From positions 7,586,740-7,629,620 of the forward strand of contig NC_057752.1 in assembly GCF_004010195.1 (NCBI RefSeq): a stretch of 42,881 bases of DNA, read 5' to 3'. Under the pieces are notes generated by a model that worked only from the letters and a program-made list of their open reading frames with translations, was not told the origin of the DNA and made no database searches. Position numbers and translations under genes: made by a program. Positions 1 to 10,764 of this stretch are shown here, piece after piece (positions within the stretch are counted from its first letter, which is position 1; each line of letters begins with the position of its first letter). Origin of the DNA: Chiloscyllium plagiosum (Eukaryota).

Positions 1-264
1 CCGTGACCAGGTGTATCTATGCTGCGCTCCGTCTGCAGGGGTGCTGAAGACGTCATGCAGCTTGGCATCTTTTACCATGTCCATCAGGGCTCTGGACATG
101 GCGTCCAGTTTACTGTCCCCCCCGCCAGATCGTCCTTCTGCATCAACTATACAGTTGAAGTCACCGGCCAGAATGACCAGCCTGGACGTAGCCAGCAACA
201 GTGGAAGCTGCTGCAGGACAGCCAACCGTTCACTCTTACCCACTGGGGCGTACACATTAATCAG
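1..264 (-). mobile_element. Tx1/L1-clade LINE ORF2 apurinic-like endonuclease fragment (runs off window start)
   Basis: Manual minus-strand translation gives LINVYAPVGKSERLAVLQQLPLLLATSRLVILAGDFNCIVD...LHDVF...RYTWSR, with the NVYAP and GDFN motifs of L1-type APE domains. Confidence 0.9.
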
Positions 265-577
265 TACACATCCACTGCTTCAAGCCCGCAGCACTCCAGC
301 AAAATCTTTTTCACAAACACCATCTGATCGACTGGTGTGTGCTCCTCCACCTTCTTCACAGTCACCCTGACTGTGTTGCGAATGCCCTGGCCAGGGCTGC
401 GGGCGGCTGCTGAGGCCATAGCTCTGAGGTTGGCTGGTACCTGAATTGGTGTTAGGCCGAAGCCAGCATAAAGATCCACCAAGAGCAGGTCAGCACAACC
501 AAACGATCCTCCAACATCCAATCACGATCCAGCAATGGTCTCTACTAGCTCTGATGACTCGCAACCCAATACCTGTC
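261..577 (-). mobile_element. Tx1-clade LINE 5' UTR and ORF1 N-terminus (ATG at 419-417), truncated by internal deletion
   Basis: ORF 261..521 contains MASAAARSPGQGIRNTVRVTVKKVEEHTPVDQMVFVKKILLECCGLEAVDVY, which resembles the Tx1 ORF1/ZCCHC3-like N-terminus (recalled). It directly abuts the APE fragment. Confidence 0.7.
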
Positions 578-621
578 CTGATAAGAACAGTCACTTGATC
601 TTAGCCAAAAGGCCAAGAAGC
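578..621 (-). pseudogene. U2 snRNA 5' fragment (nt 4-33 and 40-52)
   Basis: Minus strand reads GCTTCTTGGCCTTTTGGCTAAGATCAAGTG-A-CTGTTCTTATCAG versus vertebrate U2 GCTTCTCGGCCTTTTGGCTAAGATCAAGTG-TAGTAT-CTGTTCTTATCAG. Confidence 0.92.
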
Positions 622-660
622 AGGAGAATTGACGTTTCAGCAAAAGCACTTCATCAGGAA
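622..660 (-). ncRNA. Minimal hammerhead ribozyme motif (PLE-associated, stem II degenerate)
   Basis: Minus strand reads TTC-CTGATGA-AGTGCTTTTGCT-GAAAC-GTC-AATT. Confidence 0.6.
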
Positions 661-1175
661 TAGAGCTGTGAGCCAAGGGGGTGGAGAGATAAATGGGAGG
701 GGCTGGGGGGAGGATAGCTGAGAGTGCGATAGGAAATGGAGGTGAGGATGATAGGTCGGAGAGGATAGGCAGGAAGGATGATGGGCAGGTCATGAGGGCG
801 GTGCTGAGTTGGAAGGTTGGAATTAGGATAAGGTGGGGGGAGGGGAAATGGGGAAACTGGTGATATCCACATTGATCCTGTGGGGTTTGAGGGTCCCAAG
901 GCGGAAGATGAGGTGTTCTTCTTCCACGCGTCGGGTGGTTAGGGAGTAATTATTGAGGTGGCGCTGGACCTGATGGAGTGGAAGGGGGAGTTGAAGTGTT
1001 CGGCCACGGGGCGGTGGGGTTGGTGGGTGTGGGTGTCCCGGAGATGTTCTCTGAAGCGCTCTGCGAATCGGCGTCCTGTCTCCCCAATGTAGAGGAGACT
1101 ACATTGGGAGCAACGAATACAGTAAATGACATGTGCGGAAGTACAGATAAATCTCTGATGGATGTGGAAGGCTCC
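622..1175 (-). mobile_element. Penelope-like element 3' fragment (GIY-YIG tail and terminal repeat)
   Basis: Reverse complement is homologous to 17560-18150 (GACACCC..ACCAACC..ACCGCCC..GTGG.CGAACACTTCAAC; GGGACCCTC.AACCCCA). It ends in a CTGATGA..GAAACGTC motif. Confidence 0.88.
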
Positions 1176-1211
1176 CTGGCTGTGACTTGTTTGATAAATT
1201 TTTTTAAAAAA

Positions 1212-2545
1212 CCAGGAGTTTCAGAATCTGCTCAGTTTAGGGGACTGACTGTGCTGGCTGGGCCACAGTCAGTGTGTTGCTGCTGTAGGTTTCTGCTTTT
1301 TTGGGGGAAACCTGATTCCTGAACTGATTGAATTATTTAGCCAGTTTGTTAACTGGCATTCCTTTGGTGGGGACTGATTTCTGGGCTGCCTGATGCACAC
1401 GATGTGTTTCAGGTGTAACTCAGTTCTCGTTGGGGGACTGTTGTTTCACTGGCTGGTTACAGCCTGTGTGTTACTCTTTTCTCTCTTTGAGAAAAGGACT
1501 ATGTTGATTTTGAGGCAGGGCTTAGCCCTTGCACTCTGTTTATTTTTGTTTTTGTATATGTCTTCACTGTGTTTCGATGTTTGGACTGAGCCCTTGTGAG
1601 GACTGTTCCTGTGGGGAGGCCTAGCCCTGGGACTGGGCACCTGTGTGTGTGCTGGGAGGTGAGCACTTGCTGTGTCCTAGGGTTTGAGGGTTGGCCCTGC
1701 CTTCGGGGTTGGGCTAGGCCCCTGTGGATTGGCTGTGCCTTTACAATATACTGTGGGCCTGGTTTTCCAAGGATGGGCCAGGACTCTGTGGAGACTAAAC
1801 ACTTGTGTATGTGTTTGCTGCCCTCAGTTGTGGACTCCATTTTTTTGCAATGGGCTCTGCAGTTTGGAGTGGACCCCATTTCTGACAAGGCACTCTGTAT
1901 ACTGGAGCGGACTCTGATTCTGGGAATTGATTCTACATTTTGAAGAGAACTGTTTGTGATAATAGACTCTGGACCATTTGTTTATTGATAATTGACTCTG
2001 TCATGTAGTTTGTTGGGTTGATCACCTGCACTGTCTTGTGTCCCTGGGTCTGGTAGGCCTTAGTGTGAGCTGGGAGGCTCATCGGTCGTCCTGAAAACTG
2101 TCACCCTGAGATGAGAGCTGGAGGGTGGGTAGGCCACTCTGATGCCAATCGCCCTGAGAAGGGGTAATCGGGACGGGCTGTCCTAAAGGTGGTCGGAAGG
2201 CGTGTCAGGGCGGACGGGTCACGGGAAGGACCGAGAGCTGGAAGGGACGTAGGGGCGGGCTGCATTAGAGTGGCTGGAAGGTGGGAGTGGATTGCTGGGG
2301 GTCTGTATCGAATGCACTATTTTTTTAATGTAATTGGACTGTCTTTTATGTACAAATGTCATTGTTACTGTTTTGTAATGAATGAAAGCGGGATTTGAGA
2401 TTTGCCCTCATTTCCCTGTAAACTGGTTGAATGGTAGGGTTTGGGGTCTGTCTTTGCTCCTCTCCCTTGTAAAATTGCTGTTTCTCTGTATACAGCTGTT
2501 AATGTTAACTGTTTTGTAAACTACGTATCGTCTAATTAAAAAAAC
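1212..2545. repeat. Unclassified non-coding repeat, copy 1
   Basis: 1212-1930 aligns by eye with 2545-2700 plus 3176-3790 (CTCAGTTTAGGGGACTGA, TTTGGACTGAGCCCTT, GCAATGGGCTCTGCAGTTTGGAGTGGAC). The unit ends in an ATTAAA/A-run at about 2536-2544. Confidence 0.7.
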
Positions 2546-3790
2546 AGGATATTCAGAGTCTCCTCAGTTTAGGGGACTGACACTGTGCTGGCTGGGCCAC
2601 AGTCAGTGTTTTCCTGCTGCTGTTAGTTTCTGCTTTTTGGGGGTAAACCTGATTCCTGGTCTGGCTGAATTATATGGCCAGTTTGTTAACTGGTATTCCT
2701 TTTTTATTTTTTTTTAGGGAAAGACACAAAGTGCACGAATCTTTATTCAAATTCCACTGCCAGGAAGATAGGAAAACACCCGGGTGGCCAGTGACAAACA
2801 CTGCCCTTCACATCAAAGGGCAGTGCTGTGTGAACAAAACAGTGAAGGGGAGGGTAGGGACTAAATCAAAAATTTCCTGTTTATTTTATTTTTTTTTTTC
2901 CTTTTTTTTTCTCTTCGTTTTAACCCCCACACTACCACCTAAGTGCGGTAGTGCTTATTTTATCCCCAGAACCCATGGTGTGTGTGTGCAGGTGTGAGAC
3001 ACAGTGAAAGACAAAAAGTGCACAAATCTTTATGTTGGGCTGGGAGTCCGTGAACCACCGCAATCTGCGGTTGCAGGGGACTGCTGCGTGCAACACCTTC
3101 CACCCCAGATCCCCGAGAGAAAGGGGGAGGACTCCCGCGTAGAGAGCCCTCCACTGGGGGTATTCCTTTTTTATTGAGGACTGATTTTTTTTTTAAACTG
3201 CCTGTTCTACACAGTTAATGTCTTTCAGGTGTAATGGTTCTCATTAGGGAACCGTTGTTTCACTGACTGGTTACATCCTACATGTTACTCTTTCAGAAAA
3301 GAGTATGTTGATTTTGTGGTAGAGCTAAGCCCTTCCACTCTAGTTTTCTTTGTTTTTTTTTGTATGTGTCTTCACTGTTATTTGGTGTTTGGACTGAGCC
3401 CTTTTGAGAAAATACATCTTAACAGATGAGCCGTTCCTGTGGGAAGGCCTGGTCCTGGGATTAGGCCTCTGCAAAGACTGAACACCTCTGTGTGTGTGTG
3501 CGCGCACTCTAGGAGGTGAGCACTTGCTGCATCCTGGAGTTTGGGAGTGGACCAAACCCCTGTTAGTTAACTGCACCTTCACAATGTACTGTGTTCCTGT
3601 GAGATGGCCTGGTTCTTTGTGGATAAACCAGGCCTCTATGGAGACTGAACACCTGTGTGTGTGCTATGGGGTGTACATTTGCTGCCTTCAGGAGTGGACT
3701 CTGTTTTTAGCAATGGGCTCTGCAGTTTGGAGTGGACTCCATTTCTGACAAGGCATTTTGTATACTGAAGTGGGCTCTGTTCCTCGGGCC
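2545..3790. repeat. Unclassified non-coding repeat, copy 2 (interrupted by Tx1 insertion)
   Basis: Diverged direct copy of 1212-1930, split at 2709-3158. Confidence 0.7.
2709..3158 (-). mobile_element. Rearranged Tx1-clade LINE 3' insertion with 17-bp TSD
   Basis: TSD GGTATTCCTTTTTTATT at 2692-2708 and 3159-3175. 3158-3034 translates QWRALYAGVLPLSLGDLGWKVLHAAVPCNRRLRWFTDSQP (ORF2 C-terminal region). 2717-2872 and 2915-3033 match the Tx1 3' UTR at 35385-35630. Confidence 0.88.
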
Positions 3791-4295
3791 TTGCTGTCAT
3801 ATTCTGTTAAATGTCAATCTCCCCCCTGTTCTAGAGTTCAGCTCTTTTGTCTATGCTTGGACCAAGAATGTAATGAAGTTGAGTTGAGCTGGTGGAATCC
3901 AAACTGAGTGTCAGTGAGCAGGTTATTGTCGAGTAAGTGCCACTTGATAGCATTGTCAATGACCCTTTTCATCACTTTGATTTAAGAATAGACTAATGAG
4001 GTGGTAAATACCTGAGTTGGGTTTGTCCTGCATTTTGTAGATAGGACATACTGAGCAATTTTTCTGTTGATAGGTAGATCTTTCAGTGTTATAGCTGTAC
4101 AGTTTAAGGATATGGTTGATTCTGGAACAGAAGTCTTCAGGAATACTGTTGGAATGTTGCCAGGACACCTAGTTATTGCAGTATCCAGTGCTTTTAGCTG
4201 TTTAATGATGTGATGTGGAGTGAATTGAACTGGCTGAGTATTAGCAAGTTGGATGCTGGGGAGCTCAGGTCCTGGCACTTTTGGCTGAAGGTTAC
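3790..4295 (-). mobile_element. Decayed Jockey-group (CR1-like) LINE RT fragment
   Basis: PVQFTPHHIIKQLKALDTA..PGNIPTVFLKTSVPE and QDKPN motifs; homologous to 18960-19390. Confidence 0.8.
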
Positions 4296-4489
4296 TGTGA
4301 TAACTCCTACAAGGCCCACGGGGAATCACCACTAATTATCCTCATGGAGCTTGTTGAGTTTGAGTTCCCTTGGTAACCAGCAATGGCTTGTCCGTCTGGA
4401 ACACATCACCTGACTCCAAGATAAAGCAGACCCTTTCAACAAGTGATGATTGCTAATGGTAATTCATAGTTTAAAAACATAAAGAAGTC

Positions 4490-7422
4490 ACAGTGATTTG
4501 GTGAGGGCAGAAACAGGAAAATAGAGCAAATGAATGCATGGCTCAGGAGCTGGTGTACAGGAGAAGGATTCACATTTTTAGATTATTGGAAGCCATTTTT
4601 GGGTCGAAGTGACCTGTACAAGAAGGACAGATTACACCTAAATTGGAAAGGGACTAATATACTGGCAGGGATATTTGTTAGAGCTGCTCGGGAGGATTTA
4701 AACTAGCAAGGTATTGGGGGGTGGGAAATAGTGAGGAAAGATTGCAATCTGAGACTGGTACAGTTGAGAACAAAGACGAGTCAAAGTCAGGGTAGGCAGG
4801 GACAAAGCAGAGAACAAGGTAGGACTGATAAATTGAACTGCATTTATTTCAATGCAGTTGGTGTATCAGGGAAGGCAGATGAACTAGGGCATGGTTACGA
4901 ACATGGGACTGGGATATCATTGCAATTACAGAAACATAGCTCAGGGATGGGCAGGACTGACAGCTTAATGTTCCAGGATACAAATGCTACAGGAAGGATA
5001 GAAAGAGAGGCAAGAGAGGAGGGGAAGTGGCATTTTTGATAAGGGATAGCATTACAGCTGTGCTGAGGGAGGATATTCCCAGAAATACATCCAGGGAACT
5101 TATTTGGGTGAAACTGAGAAATAAGGAAGGGATGGTCACCTGATGATTGGGATTGTACTATCAGAGGAAAATTGAGAAACAAATTTGTAAGGAAATCTCA
5201 GCTATCTGTAAGAATAATAGGGTAGTTATGGTAATCGGATCTAAAAGTTGAAGTTCTAAAGTGGAGAAAGGCCAATTTTGAAGGTATTAGGCAAGAACTT
5301 TCGAAAGCTGATTTGGGGGCAGATGTTGGCAGGTAATGGGATGGCTGGAAAATGGGAAGCCTTCAGAAATGAGATAACGAGAATCCAGAGAAAGTATATT
5401 CCTGTCAGGGTGAAAGGGAAGGCTGGTAGGTATAGGGAATGCTGGATAACTAAAGAAATTGAGGGTTTGGTTAAGAAAAAGGAGGAAGCATATGTCTGAT
5501 ATAGACAGGATGGATCAAGTGAATCCTTAGAGTATAAAGGCAGTAGGAGTATACTTAAGAGGGAAATCAGGAGGGCAAAAAGGGGACAAGAGATAGCTTT
5601 GGCAAATAGTTACTGTATTTGTAAAAACCTTTTGGAGTCTCCTTAAGGACAAAAGGGTAACTGGGGAAAGAATAAGGCCCCTCAAAGATCAGCAAGGTGG
5701 CCTTTGTGTGGAGCTGCAGGAGATGGGGCAGATACTAAATGAATATCTTGCATTAGTGTTTACTGTGAAGAAGGACATGGAAGATATAGAAAGTAGTGAA
5801 ATAGATGGTGACATCTTGAAAATGTCCATATTACAGAGGAGGAAGTGCTGGATATCTTGAAACGCATGAAAGGGGATAAATCCCCAGGACCTGATCAAGT
5901 GCACCTTAGACGTCTGTGAGAAGCTAGGCAGGTGATTGCTGGGCCTCAATACTGAGAGATTTGTATCATCTAGTCACAGGTGAGGTGCCAGAAGACTGGA
6001 GGTTGGCTAATGTGGTGCTACTGTTTTAAGAAAGGTGGTAAGGACAAGCCAGGGAACTATAGACCAGTGAGCCTGATGTCATTGGTGGGCTAGTTGTTGG
6101 AGGGAATCCTGAGTGTGTGGATGTACCTACTAGAGAAGGTGCAAAACTTGACGTCCAGTTGGGAAATAAGGCAGGGCAGGTGACTTTGGAAAGGCAAAGA
6201 CTGATTAGGGATAGTCAACATGGCTTTATGTGTGGGAAATCATGTCTCACCAACTTGATTGAGTTTTTTTGAAGTATCAAAGAGAATTGATGAGGGCAGA
6301 ATGGTAAACGTGATCTATGTGGATGTCAGTAAGGCATTCGACAAGGTTCCCAATGGGACACTGGTTAGCAATGTTATATCTCATGGAATACAGAGAGAAC
6401 TAACCATTTGGATACAGAACTGGCTCAAAGATAGAAGACAGAGGGTGGTGGTTAAGGGTTGTTTTTCAGACTGGAGGCCTGTGGCCAGTGGAGTGCCACA
6501 AGGATTGGTGCTGGGTCCTCTACTTTTCATCGATTTGGATGTGAGCATAAGAGGTACAATTAGTAAGTTTGGAGGTGGAGTGGACAGCGAAGAGAGTTAC
6601 CTCAGATTACAACAGGGTCTTGACCAGATGGGCCAATGCACTGAGAAGTGGCAGATGGAATTTAATTCAGATAGTTGCGAGGTGCTGCATTTTGGGAAAA
6701 CAAATCCTAGCAGGACTTATACACTTAATGGTAAGGTCCTGGTGAGTGCAGGTTCATAGCTCCTTGAAAGTGGAGTTGCAGGTAGATAGGATAGTGAAGA
6801 AGGCGTTTAGTATGCTTGCTTTTATTGGTCAGAGTATTGAGTACAGGAGTTGGGAGGTCATGTTGCGGCTGTACAGGACATTGGTTAGACCACTGTTGGA
6901 ATATTGCGTGTAGTCCTGGTCTCCTTCCTATCGGAAAGATGTTGTGAAACTTGAAAGGGTTCAGAAAAGATGTAGAAGGATGTTGCCAGGGTTGGAGGAT
7001 TTGAGCTATAGGGAGACGCTGAATGTTTTCCCTGGAGCGTCAGAGGCTGAGGGGTGACCTTATAGAGGTTTACAAAATTGAGGGGCATGGATAGGATAAA
7101 TAGACAGTCTTTTCCCTGGGGTCGGGGAGTCCAGAACTAGAGGGCATAGGTTTAGGGTGAGAGTGGAAAGATATAAAAGAGACCTAAGGGGCAACTTTTT
7201 AATGCAGAGGGTGGTACGTGTATGGAATGAGCTGCCAGAGGATGTGGTGGAGGCTGGTACAATTACAGCATTTGGCATTTGGATGGGTATATGAATAGGA
7301 AGGGTTTGGAGGGATATGGGCTGGGTGCTGGCAGGTGGAGCTAGATTGGGTTGGGATATCTGATTGGCATGGCAGGTCGGACCAAAGGGTCTGTTTTGGT
7401 GCTATACATCTATGACTCTATG
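4490..7422 (+). mobile_element. CR1 LINE (HER1-like): ORF1 C-terminus, disrupted ORF2 (EN and RT), 3' UTR
   Basis: ORF1 esterase-like end (QMNAWLRSWC..DLYKKD.LHLN). ORF2 motifs KLNCIYFNA, KSPGPD, PGNYRPVSL, SQHGF, DVSKAFDKVP, SGVPQGLVLGPLLF. Tail CTATGACTCTATG. Many stops and frameshifts. Confidence 0.95.
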
Positions 7423-7533
7423 GTGGTGGGAAAGCCATTCAATTCTATATGATAACACGTCTGGATTTTTAAAACAATATTAAAAAAGCAGATGTTGACA
7501 ATGCTGTTGATGCCCTTAGAGAGAGGTGAGCAC

Positions 7534-7763
7534 TGAAATCACTCCATGGAGGCTGGTGGCCTATCACCAAGTTATCCTTTATTTACATGCGTGTGTGGTA
7601 CTTGACACTGGACCAGCTTCCTCAGCACCAGCTCTCTGTGAACAGAACCTTTGACACTTCTTTTTCTATCTGTCAGCCAGGGCTCCCTGTTTGGGGCTGT
7701 TAATCTGGTCTAATCAGGGAACTCATTCTATGCGGCCCACCTGGGTGACCTTGATACCATCAC
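7534..7763 (-). mobile_element. Solo LTR (Gypsy-type), related to 14104-14327
   Basis: Reverse complement matches 14104-14327 (GGTCA.CCAGGTGG, CCCTGGCTGACAGATA, TAAATAAA.G, terminal ATTTCA). Confidence 0.75.
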
Positions 7764-8430
7764 TGCAACCAGAGTGTTTCTTTCCATTGTCCTCAAAAAT
7801 GGTTTCTGATCACCACATCATTGTCAAACCAAAGGGTTAAAGTTTTATTCCTTCACATACCGCCATGATAGAATTTTTTTTCACAAACATTTGCAACCGC
7901 CATTTTGAACACAATTTCTTTAATTATTTGAAAAAGGGCAGACATTTACAACAGGAAATGTCTATTACATTGTAACAACCTCTCAAAAATGTGACTAGAA
8001 TGTTTGTTTGCATTTAATGACTTGTCCAGAAATGAAGGATAGCTCAGGGATCTTGTCTAGTTTCATATGTGCATTGACAGGAAAGATTAGGTCACATGAC
8101 CCCTCAACTTCGTTTTGTTTTAAAGCATCCATTTTCGGTTTTGTTTGGAGACTGTGCCAGTGGTCAATGCCTCCAATAGGTGGAGCACTGTTCACTCGTG
8201 TAAAATTAGAATATTCTTTTAAAATTCTTGTCTACAGTGTTTTGCTTTTATTTATATTTAATCAAAGCACTGTTTTTTCAAATGAATCACTCAATGTTAG
8301 TTGTGATGCATAAATAATTGCAATACCTTTCACTGTTGTAGCAAATCCAGTCAACAGGAATAACTGTTCGTTCCAGATGAGATGAGAAAGTCTGGTCTGT
8401 ATTGGCTATCATAGCTATTTAATCATAACT

Positions 8431-8520
8431 AGAAATCACACAACACCAGGTTATAGTCCAACAATTAAAATTGGAAGCACACTAGCTTTTGGAGCGACGC
8501 TCCTTCATCGGGTGATTGTC
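8431..8520 (-). mobile_element. Short PLE terminal fragment of a third family with a mutated hammerhead motif
   Basis: Minus strand reads ACAATCAC-CCGATGA-AGGAGCGTCGCTCC-AAAAGCTAG, i.e. hammerhead layout with both core boxes mutated. Flanked by AATCATAA at 8421-8428 and 8523-8530. Confidence 0.65.
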
Positions 8521-9159
8521 TGAATCATAATCAGAACTAGGGCTTCTGCCAAAAATTAAAACTGCTGGTCCCCAATATACAGCCCCATCAAATAACAAAA
8601 ATCAATTTATGATCAGAATACATTATAAAATGCAACAACAGGAAGACCATTCCAAATCACCAAGTCAACCCAGAAATTCGTGTTAAGCAGAGCTGAGGAA
8701 GGCCCATGTAACTCAATTTGCCTACAGACATGCTTTATGTGGAAAAAAAACGAAATCATTCTGATGCAATAAATATGTGAAAAATGTCTTTAATTTTCAA
8801 TTTCTTCTTTGTTTGCACCTTGCAATGGCCTGTTCTTGTCCAGGAAAAGACATTGAAAAACAATGAGGATTAACTCTGGAAAAACCCAAATCTTTTCTGC
8901 TTAGGGTGCTGTTTTTGGACAAGTCTGCCATGTTATCAGTGCACTCAAACAGGTTCTCCTTGTTTTATGTTGCAATACAAAATCTCTTCTGCCTCTGCAG
9001 CTTCATCTCGGGAAACAGATGGTCAAGTGGGTGGCCATTTATCAAACTCTTCAGAGCCAGAAGTGAAATAATCTTTCTTCTGTTGATTTTTTTTTTAAAA
9101 CTACTTCATTATTCTGTTATATTGTTTTGGCCTTTCTTTGTAAATGTCTGAGTTTCCAA

Positions 9160-9268
9160 TCACCCGAACCATTTTGCCTAGTTAAAGTTCAAATGACATT
9201 TTTTCAGCCAAGGAAAAATTAATTTAGGCCATTTCATTGCAAAATCTATTATTTCAACACTTAGTCAT
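9160..9268. repeat. ~110 bp diverged direct repeat, copy 1 (copy 2 at 11102-11209)
   Basis: Both copies share TTAAAGTTCAARTGACATTTTT.CAGCCAAGGRAAAATTAATTTAGGC..TTCATTG.AAAATCYATTATTTCRACACTTAGTCAT. Confidence 0.9.
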
Positions 9269-9869
9269 TTCCTAACCCACACCTGAAAAATGCTGGGGGT
9301 CAACTAGGCAGTTTTTCTAGCGTGATTAGTTGCCTGACATTCATAAAGCAATGTAGCTTCTTGGGCTTTCCTATCACAAGCAGCAGCAGCTTTTTAGTAC
9401 CATCCATGTTGGTGCAGACCATAGCAGTGATGCAGTGCTTGCTTCACTTCCCACCAGACACTTTATCTTTCAAGATGAAAAAGCAATCTGGCAAAGTTTC
9501 ATCCATGTTAAATATATCCCTTAAAACATTCTCATTCCAGACGTGTGAAGCCACTTTCCAGCCATCACTACAGACTTGCCTGTAATTTTGCTTTCATGTG
9601 TCCAAACTGTACCCCAATTAGTTGACACGGTCATATGGCAAGCCTGCGTGAGTTCAGCCAATCCAGATAAGCTGGGTTATCCTTTTATTGGATTTCCTAT
9701 TCTGCCAATGGGAATGGTTAACAACTTTGTCATAACAGGAGTTTCAGGTTATCTAAATTTGACTCCTTGTGATTTTCTCTGTACAGCTTTGCATCCAAAA
9801 GGCCTATCAAGATTCTCCCTGTTCCTATTGTTTCCTGCTGCAACTTTTGGGTACATCAGCACATGGACA

Positions 9870-10650
9870 GATGGATCACAGTAGGCATTTTAAAAGGATT
9901 GGTGCTGGGTCCTCTACTTTTTGTCATTTACATAAATGATTTGGATTCGAGCATAAGAGGTACAGTTAGTAAGTTTGCAGATGACACCAAAATTGGAGGT
10001 GTAGTGGACAGCGAAGAGGGTTACCTCAGATTACAACAGGATCTGGACCAGATGGGCCAATGGGCTGAGAAGTGGCAGATGGANNNNNNNNNNNNNNNNN
10101 NNNNNNNNNNNNNNNNNNNNNNNNNNNNNNNNNNNNNNNNNNNNNNNNNNNNNNNNNNNNNNNNNNNNNNNNNNNNNNNNNNNNNNNNNNNNNNNNNNNN
10201 NNNNNNNNNNNNNNNNNNNNNNNNNNNNNNNNNNNNNNNNNNNNNNNNNNNNNNNNNNNNNNNNNNNNNNNNNNNNNNNNNNNNNNNNNNNNNNNNNNNN
10301 NNNNNNNNNNNNNNNNNNNNNNNNNNNNNNNNNNNNNNNNNNNNNNNNNNNNNNNNNNNNNTAGAGGGCATAGGTTTAGGGTGAGAGGGGAAAGATATAA
10401 AAGAGACCTAAGGGGCAACTTTTTCACGCAGAGGGTGGTACGTGTATGGAATGAGCTGCCAGAGGAAGTGGTGGAGGCTGGTACAATTGCAAGGTTTAAG
10501 AGGCATTTGGATGGGTATATGAATAGGAAGGGTTTGGAGGAATATGGGCCGGGTGCTGGCAGGTGGGACTAAATTGGGTTGGGATATCTGGTCGGCGTGG
10601 ACGGGTTGGACCGAAGGGTCTGTTTCCATGCTGTACATCTCTATGACTGT
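9870..10650 (+). mobile_element. 5'-truncated CR1 LINE spanning the assembly gap
   Basis: [27 protein letters not shown] before the gap, RGHRFRVRGERYKRDLRGNFFTQRVV after it. Same 3' UTR as 7140-7420. Confidence 0.95.
10084..10361. other. Assembly gap (N run)
   Basis: Run of n characters. Confidence 1.
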
Positions 10651-10764
10651 ACAAGGTGCACCCCCTCCTGCATTGGGGTACGCACTCCAGTGTTTTAAAG
10701 TAAAGTGTCCATTTTGGATTTGTCTCTGCATGTCCTTATTGTATGAGTGTGATAATTAACAGAA

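Noticed and set aside
551..590. CTGATGA on the + strand as a hammerhead core
   Set aside because: No stem II followed by GAAA; it lies antisense in the Tx1 5' UTR.
578..621. Functional U2 snRNA gene
   Set aside because: Only 44 nt, branch-pairing bases deleted, no Sm site or 3' domain, and the upstream DNA is a PLE.
9863..10572. Long ORFs across 10021-10572
   Set aside because: Artefacts of the N gap within a CR1 copy.
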